Assembly (NCBI GenBank): GCA_951406725.2
Contig: OX597823.1
Coordinates: forward strand, 86,800,001 to 86,864,000
Length of the DNA stretch: 64,000 nt
Direction: 5' to 3'
Source of the DNA: Octopus vulgaris
Lineage: Eukaryota
Shown here: positions 55,830-64,000 of the stretch, in pieces
How positions within the stretch are numbered: position 1 is the stretch's first letter
How the letters are laid out: the number at the start of each line of letters is the position of its first letter
The notes under the pieces: model-generated
Database searches by the model: none
What the model was told of the DNA's origin: nothing
The model's input: only the letters and a program-made list of their open reading frames with translations
Program-made: the position numbers and the translations under genes

Positions 55830-56190
55830 GAGCGAAGCGGTCTTCGTCTCAGAGCTCGCAAGATGGGAGAAGTCCGAAACGTGGTCCTTAGCTATTCGTA
55901 AGACCCGCAGAAGAGAAAGCAAGTCAACCCCCGACACCGAGAGCTTCGACAGATGGATGAATGCGTACCCAAGCTCAGCGGTTGCGTAGGAAGTTGGGGA
56001 CAAGAAACAGGAAGAAAGTTGGGGCGAAAGAGTACAAGGGGTCACCACTCTACCCCCTGCAGGAGCCTCGTGGAGCTTTAGGTATTTTCGCTCAATAAAC
56101 ACACACAACGCCCGGTCTGGGAATCGAAACCGCGATCCTCCGACCGCGAGTCCGCTGCCGTAACCCCTGGGCCATTGCGCCTCCACTTGC
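55830..56190 (-). mobile_element. SINE family B2 full copy
   Basis: Inverted homolog of 47576-47915, including the tail. Confidence 0.85.
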
Positions 56191-56319
56191 AGTTGCTCTT
56201 CCACGTGTGTTGACAATATCGCATCATTTACAAAGAATATAAGACAGGTACGGCCTTATTAGCAAACCTAAGATTCCCCACTGTATTGAGATAGGTTGAG
56301 TAGTTTCCGACCGAACCTG

Positions 56320-56880
56320 GCAGGGCACTCCGTCGATTGCCACAACGAGTGTTCCAGTTTTATCCGATCAACGGAGCAGCGTACTCGTAAAATTCTCGTG
56401 CAAGTGGCTAAGCACGAGTGCCCTTAACGAAGTTCTCATGGAGAGACAGCGTGACAGACGGAATGCGACAAAGCTGGCCCCTTTGAATAACAGGTATAAC
56501 TGCAAGGCGGTGAGCTGGCAGAAACGTTAGCACGCCGGGCGAAATGCTTAGCGGTATTTCGTCTGCGTTACGTTGTGAGTTCAAATTCCGCCGAGGTCGA
56601 CTTTACCTTTCATTATTTCGGGGTTGATAAATTAAGGACTAGTTACGCACTGGGGTCGATGTAATCGACTTAATACCTATGTCTGTCCTTGTTTGTCCCC
56701 TCTGTGTTTAGCCCCTTGTGGGTAATAAAGAAATAGGTATAACTCGATTTTGCCTGACGTGTGGACTGGTGCAGCGTGAAATAAAACTTGCTCAGGGACA
56801 CCACGTGCCGCAGGAAATCAAACTCACAACATTACAATCGTGAGCCGAATACATTACGCACTAAGCCACGCTCCATCGCC
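56320..56880. mobile_element. SINE B (-) interrupted by SINE C (+, 56502-56734) with 10-bp TSD
   Basis: TSD AGGTATAACT at 56492-56501 and 56735-56744. Confidence 0.85.
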
Positions 56881-56954
56881 GTATCTAGAGTGAAGGCAAA
56901 TACCATCACGTGTTTCTTAAAGGTGTCGGGAAAGCACATTGATATGTTTCACTA

Positions 56955-57163
56955 CTCTCTTACTCTTTTAGTTGTTTCAGTCATTGGACTTTGGCCATGC
57001 TGGAGCACCGCCTTTAGTCGAGCAAATCGACCCAAGGACTTATTCTTTGTAAGCCTAGTACTTATTATATCGTTCTCCTTTGTCGAACCGCTATGTTACG
57101 GGTACGTAAACACACCAGCATCGGTTGTCAAGCGATGTTGGGGGGACAAACACAGACACATAA

Positions 57164-57220
<57 letters not shown>

Positions 57221-57400
57221 TATATATATACATATACATACACATATACATATATATGACGGTATTCTTTCAGTTTTCGTCTGCCAAATCCACTCACAAG
57301 GCTTTGGTCGAAGATACTTGCCCAAGGTACCACGCAGTGGGACTGAACCTGGAACCATATGGTGGGTAAGCCAGCTACTTACCACATAGCCACTCCTGCG
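56955..57400 (-). mobile_element. Full-length SINE family A with internal microsatellite
   Basis: tRNA-like head, CORE-like segment, (TA/TG)n and 3' module. Confidence 0.88.
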
Positions 57401-58289
57401 CTTACGTTGAAAAATATTTCGAGGAAAAGATTTAAAAACGAATGGCATGTTCATATCTGAGCGAAATAATATCCATGGGAGAAGACAAACATACATACGT
57501 GCAGGTACGTGCGCGTGCACACATACACGCACACACACACAAACACACATAGATACATGTATAAGTGTATGCATATATATATATATGTGTGTGTGAGTTT
57601 GTATATATATATATATATATATATGCACGTTTGCCTATGGGTGTTTAATCACACATATATATATACATATATATTTGTGCATGTGCATGTGTGTTGGGGG
57701 CCGTGTTCTTGTGCGTATGTCCATGTATGCATGTGCGTGCGCGCAAGTGTGTGTGTGTGTGTGTGTGTGACTGTACGTGTGTCTGCTGTGAAGATCATCT
57801 AAAATTTGTGTAAGGTATTTTACTGCTGGGACGTCCGCAACTTGACCAGTAACACAATTAGCGTAAACCGAATATTTCCCTGGCTCATCCACACCTGCAG
57901 CATTCATAAAATACATTTCTAGGGATGGTAATGAGAGAAGTAGGGATCAGTTGAGGCTATTGTTTACTCTCAGTGAAAAGTAATTGCAGCGATTGCCATC
58001 TAATGCAGCGTTACTTACGTTCTAGGTAATCACTGTACCCGGTTTACTGTCTTATCGACCTCGAGTGGATGAAAAGCAAAGTCGACCTCGGCGGGATTTG
58101 AAATCAGAACGTAAAGACAGACGAAATAGCGCTAAGCATTTTGCCCGGCGTGCTAACGTTTCTGCCAGCTCACTACCTTCCAGACAGGAAAATATCAGCA
58201 TCGTTAAGCAAGTTAAGTGGCAAGCTGGGTTAATATTCTGTATCATAGATTTGGTTTCATTTGTATATTATTTCTTGTTATTGTTTCTG

Positions 58290-58650
58290 TAGCTTTTGAT
58301 ACATTTTTACGGGATGCGGATGCTAGCTCTATGTCCAAACCACCTCCTTTTTCATCAGTGCTTGGGACCAGCATAGGTCCCAAGCCCGGATGAAACACTT
58401 GAAGCAAAGAAATAGAAATGACTGAGTCGAGCTTGTCGAACGCTTTGCAATTGGTTCCACGAGTTAAAAGACGACATGGGTGACCAAAGGAAACGTGGAG
58501 GAGAACAATAACAAAAGATCTTAAAAGCAGAGGGTTAACAATGGAACAAGCTGTCAAGGACGGTTTCTGTGTTATAAGGTTGACGCATTTTGCAGTCGGC
58601 TCAAGTGCCACAATGAGAATCGAATGAATGACTGAATGAATGAATGAATG
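58290..58650 (+). mobile_element. Bipartite non-autonomous RTE with (GAAT)n tail
   Basis: 5' ttttacgggatg...gcttgggaccagc; 3' part encodes KRRHG*PKETWRRTITKDLKSRGLT. Confidence 0.65.
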
Positions 58651-58877
58651 GATACATAAATAAATGAATAAAGCATATTCATTGATATTGTTTTCAAATC
58701 CTGCATCATTCGCCGACTTATTATAATTCATCACTGTTTCAATGAACGATGTTTATCAAGCGCAGTAGAAGGTTATGTTATTCTCATAGAAATGGACAGT
58801 TTATCAATGTACAGTACATGATAATTAACTCTAAATTATCGGTGTCAGAGCTTATTCATATGTATGTGTAAGTGTAG

Positions 58878-59180
58878 TGGAGGCACATGGCCTAGTGGTT
58901 AGAGCAGCGGACTCGCGGTCGAGGGATCGCGGGTTCGAATCTCAGACCGGGCGATGTGTGTGTTTATGAGCGAAACACCTAAGCTTCACGCGGTTCCGGC
59001 AGAAGGTAAGATCGAACCTCTGCTGATTCATTCGCCACAACTTTCTCTCACTCTCTCCTCCTGAATCTTGCAGCTCACCTGCGACGGACCGGCGTCTCGT
59101 CCTGGTGGGGGTCCTATACGCCAAGGAAACCGGGAAACCGGCCCTTATGAGCCAGGCATGGCTCGAGAAGGAAAGAAACA
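58878..59180 (+). mobile_element. SINE family B2 head with an alternative tail
   Basis: tggcctagtggttagagcagcggactcgcggtc...gggttcgaatc; tail ctgcgacggaccggcgtc...ggaaaccggcc. Confidence 0.85.
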
Positions 59181-59668
59181 TATGTGTATGTGTGTGTGAT
59201 GAGTAAAGGTGAATGTGTGTATGAGTGTGCGAGTTGAGATTTTGCCTAGACATAGCGACACTTATAACCTGGTCTTAGAATTCAATATTTATACGTTTAG
59301 TATTTCGTCTGTCTTTTTAAGTTCTGAGTCCAAATTCCGCCGAGATGGACTTTGCCTTTCATAATTTCGGGGTCGATAAATTAAGTACCAGTTGCGTGAG
59401 GGTGGGGCGGTCTAATCGACCGGCACCTTCCCCCAAAATTCCAGGCCTTGTGCATAGAGTAGAAAAGAATATTTCTACGTTTCAAAATAAGTGTTCGTCG
59501 AGTGCAGAGAGTGATGAAAATATTAAATAAATGAGAAAGGTGGAAGAAATTAAGTAATGAACCTCATTAGCATACAGCAGTTTCTACTATAAGATGCAAG
59601 GGACTCCTGCATAGATGTTTCTGTATCACCTGATAACTTCGGCGGGTCTTCAGAAATGAAGTCTCTCC

Positions 59669-59729
<61 letters not shown>

Positions 59730-59929
59730 ACGGTAAGATCGTTATCTAAATACCGATCTTATCAGGTGGCCAGCATGGGTATAAAAACCTTCAAAGGTAA
59801 TAATTATTATTAAAATTATAATTTAGGGTATCTAAGAGATACCACCAAGCTAGAAATAGCAGGCAAAACTTGAATCTGAACCACGTGTTTTTAGAGTCAA
59901 GTTTTGGCTGCTATTTCCTAAATTTATTT

Positions 59930-59980
<51 letters not shown>

Positions 59981-60041
59981 TAAGAAAGTTTGTGACGTGG
60001 TGGTATCTCTTAGATATCATAAGTTATAATTTTATATATAA

Positions 60042-60111
<70 letters not shown>

Positions 60112-60289
60112 CAAATATATAGAGAGCACAAGAGGAAGACAGGTGAAGGAACAACAAAGTGCTCTCCGACAGAAAAGCATAAGAGAAAACAAATAGAGAA
60201 AGAATGAAAAAAAATATTTTGCGCTTAGTGGTCAAATATGGATATACATACCTACATGCATACATGCATACATACATACTTAATACATG

Positions 60290-60368
<79 letters not shown>

Positions 60369-60567
60369 ATATGAAAATGCACAGATATTCATCCGATGCA
60401 AACTTCCAAACTTTGCATGTCCCAGCAAGGATGCTAAAACTTTCCTTCATCCGGATGCTTATGTTGATAAATGCAATAATAGACGTGAAACCAAAGTTAA
60501 CACTCTGGTCCACATATCCAACGGCAACGTAAACTATACATACTTACATACGTACATGCATACATAA

Positions 60568-60600
<33 letters not shown>

Positions 60601-61024
60601 TATATGTATATGAAGATATTTATATATGTATATGTATATGTATATGTATGCATATATATACCTGCACCCAGACACACACACATACACATATATATGTTGA
60701 GAACTATATCATGTTTGTTAACTCCAATATTTTACAGGTGTAGGTGTGTTTACGTCCCAGTTAAAATAGCAGTTCGTCAAAAATAATCGATAGAATAACT
60801 ACCAGACTTTATAAAATTACTTGTGTCGATTTATTCCACTTAACCCTTCAAGGCAGTGCCCCAACATGGCCGCAGTTTACTTACTGAAATAAGTGAAATA
60901 AAAGATGTTACAAATTCTCCATACACTAGAAACCCCTTAACAAGTATCGCCCTAACGAGAATTAGAATACCTTCGTAGGGCAACCCCTTAATATCAGTAC
61001 ATGGTAGTATATAAACCAATATAA

Positions 61025-61280
61025 AAAGTCTGATAAAAAAAGTATCGGGACTGGGGCTATAAAAGTGAAAATACCACTCTTATCAATTCGGAATTTAATA
61101 TCCTTTGAATCAATCCCCTTCCGAGGACACACACTTAATCCAGCATCGTTTCCATTAATGGAAATATTCATGGAACACCCTTTTTGAGGGTTATGGAGAA
61201 GGTGCCTCATCGCATTTACTTGGATTTCATCGACGTCTTGTAATATTGTTCTTTTCAAGTGGGATTTGACTTTTGGAAAG
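61025..61280 (-). mobile_element. Mariner transposase C-terminal relic
   Basis: LQDVDEIQVNAMRHL...VFHEYFH*WKRCWIKCVSSEGD*FKG matches the mariner C-terminal W..RW.KC...GDYFE motif. Confidence 0.75.
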
Positions 61281-62124
61281 ATTCTTGACCGTCATGACCT
61301 TCAAGATGTTTCTCTTTCCATGTATACACCTCTCTCTCTCTCTCTCTCTCCCTTGCTCTCACTCACATACACACACACATAGACACACATACACACACAC
61401 ATATTTTTTTCTGCCATTGTCACTGACGGAATCTCTGTGTGGTGAGACGACCACACTGTACACACTTTATTCCCAAGCACTGCTATTAAAAAAAATCGGA
61501 ATGTTATAACTCAGTGTGTTTGCGCGACAGAGTTCAACGTCAATCCGTGCCAAATGTATTCACTTTGCGTACTTTATCTCAGTTACCATAGCAACAGTCG
61601 CGATAATCTTTGATCAGACCTCGTAAACCACTGTAAACCTAGAAACCAAGAGTCCTTAAACAAAACAATCCTGTATGTCTAAGTATGTATGTGCATGTGT
61701 GTATGTGTGTGGAAAATAAAATATAGAACATTTCTGCTGCACGTGAGACGAGACATGAGTTTGATTGCCAATGACTCTTGTAAGATAAATCTGTCCGCTT
61801 GAGACGAACAAACCTCATTGCATTTCAATTTCTTATAAACATACGACTGGAAATGTTTGCGATTCATTAATTGGTAATTGTTTGTGCCGGCGTTACCGGA
61901 AACTCAACCTTCTTGTATAAGAAGGAATCCGGCTTGATAGAGAGCTCAGCTCTTTATAAGATAATGACCCAAATCAGATACTATAGTTGCTGAAGGTTCA
62001 GAATTGAAATGAAATGATTCCTCGAGAATGAATGACACTTGGATATTTGACTCATCGTTTTGGAGACTCACCAACATATTAGCTATTTCGTAGAGTCTTT
62101 AATTTTAATATGCTTGACAATGAA

Positions 62125-62990
62125 GTGAACCGGCAGAATCGTTAGCACGCCGGACAAAATATTTCCTGAGTTATTCATCTGACTTTACATTCTGCGTTCA
62201 AATGCTGTCGATGTCGGCTGCTTTTTTATGTTTTTTTTTCTTATCCTTTCGCGCTCGATAAAGCAATTAATATCTGAGCACTGCGATCGATGTATCTGAA
62301 CTACACCTTACCTGAAAATTGCTGGCCTTGTGCCGAAATTTGAAACAAATACCAGTGTTGTATAAGGCGGTGAGTTAGAACGCCGAACTAAATGATTAGC
62401 GGCATTTCGTCTTTACGTTCTGAGTTCAAATACCGCCGAGGTTGGCTTTGCCTGTCATATTTCGGGGTCGATAAAATAAGTACCAGTTGAGCATTAGAGT
62501 CGATGTATTAGATCCACACTCTCCCGTGAAATTGCTGGCCTTGTGCCAATATTTGAAACCAATTTAAATATGTCTGGTAATCCTATGGGCAGGCAGAAAC
62601 ATTAACACGCCGGGCGAAACACTTTGCGGTAATTTGTCGGTCTTTAAGTTCTGAGTTCAAACTACGCCGAGGTCGACTTTGCCTTTCTTCCTTTCGGGGT
62701 CGATAAATTAAGTACCAGTTGCGTACTGCGATCGATCTAATTGACTGGCTACTTCCCCCAAAATTTCGAGCCTTTTGCCCAGAATAGTAAAGAATGGTTA
62801 GCACCCAGTAGAAAATGCTTAGCTGCATTTCGTCCGTCTTTACATTCTGAGTTCAAATTCCGCCGAGGTCGACTTAGCTTTTCAGACTATTTGGGACGAT
62901 GAAATAAATACTAATAAAGTACTGAGATAGTAGTAATAGACTAACCACGCCTCCTCTAAAATTATTGGCTTTGTGACAATTTGAACGATA
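62125..62990 (+). mobile_element. Head-to-tail array of about four SINE family C copies
   Basis: ttctgagttcaaa...gccgaggtcgactt...ttcggggtcgataaa repeats at ~220-bp spacing. Another copy lies at 59290-59470. Confidence 0.8.
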
Positions 62991-63054
62991 TACGTTGGTA
63001 CCCGTTTGTGGAAGAACTCGTTTATTTCTTTAATTTTGCTTTTCCTGAGAAGCA

Positions 63055-63955
63055 CAGGAGTGGCTTAGTGGTAAGCAGCTTGCTTACCAACCACATGGTT
63101 CCAGGTTCAGTCCCATGGCGTTGAACCTTGGTCAAGCGACTTCTACTATAGCCTCGGGTTGACCAAATCCTTGTGTGGATTTCGTAGACGGAAATTGAAA
63201 GAAGCCCGTCATACATATATATGTGTGTGTGTGTGTGTGTGCACGCGCGCGCGTGTGTATTTGTGTGTCTGCGTTTGTCCTCCCACGTTGGTGTGTTTAC
63301 GTCCACGTAACATTAACGGTTCTACAAAATGAGACCGATAGAAAAAGTACTAGGCTTACAAAAGAATAAGTCTTCGACTAAAGGCGGTGCTCCAGCATGG
63401 CAGCAGTCTGAAACAAATAAAAGATAAGAGAATATACTATGATTGAGAATCTCAAGTGTAGAAAACTGAGAACTGAAACGAAATGATTCGCTGATAGGAA
63501 ACGAAGCCTGTATTTTGTGACTCATTGTTTCGGAAGATCACCAACAAACTATACATGTACTCTTTTACTATTTTACTTGTTTCATTCATTTGACTGCGGC
63601 CATGCTGGAGCACCGCCTTTAGTCGAGCAAATCGGCCCCAGAAGTTATTCTTTGTAAGCCTAGTACTTATTCTATCGGTTACTTTTGCCGACCCGCTAAG
63701 TTACGGGAAGGCAATCACACCAGCATCGGTTTTCAAGCGATGCTGGAGAGACAAACAGACACACAAACACACACACATATATAGATATACATATATACGA
63801 CGAGCTTCTTTCAGTTTCCGTCTACCAAATCTATTCACAAGGCTTTGGTCGGTCCCAGGCTATAGTAGAAGACACTTGCCCACGTTGCCACGCAGTGGGA
63901 ATGAACCCGGAACCATGTGGTTGGTAAGCAAACTACTTACCACACATCCACTCTT
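63055..63955. mobile_element. Two full SINE family A copies, tail-to-tail (+63055-63430, -63560-63955)
   Basis: Both contain head, CORE-like segment, microsatellite and 3' module. Confidence 0.88.
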
Positions 63956-64000
63956 TAATATAAATATTTTGATACAAGTTTCATCTCTGATGTTGTAGTG

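Noticed and set aside
58878-58950. tRNA-like sequences with A/B boxes (also 24798, 47576, 63055)
   Set aside because: These are SINE heads: no proper acceptor stem, and they run into SINE bodies.

Overview
AT-rich, repeat-dominated animal genomic DNA. The tRNA-derived SINE families and the very dense (TA)n/(CA)n/(GATA)n microsatellites suggest an octopus or another coleoid cephalopod; this is an inference. I found no host protein-coding exon, and almost all ORFs in the track are microsatellite artefacts. Supported content: one 5'-truncated Neptune-like Penelope element (RT + GIY-YIG, ~35.0-36.6 kb); fragments of RTE, CR1/L2-like and R4-like LINEs; mariner/Tc1 relics; three non-autonomous Helitrons and a Helentron-like HINE; and dozens of SINE copies from three head families. 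The most interesting signal is a set of short microsatellite-embedded elements carrying hammerhead ribozyme (HHR) motifs. These include minimal forms with a palindromic stem III, core variants (U4C, A6U, G3:C8), and a candidate non-circularly permuted (pseudoknotted) hammerhead at 26324-26389 on the minus strand.
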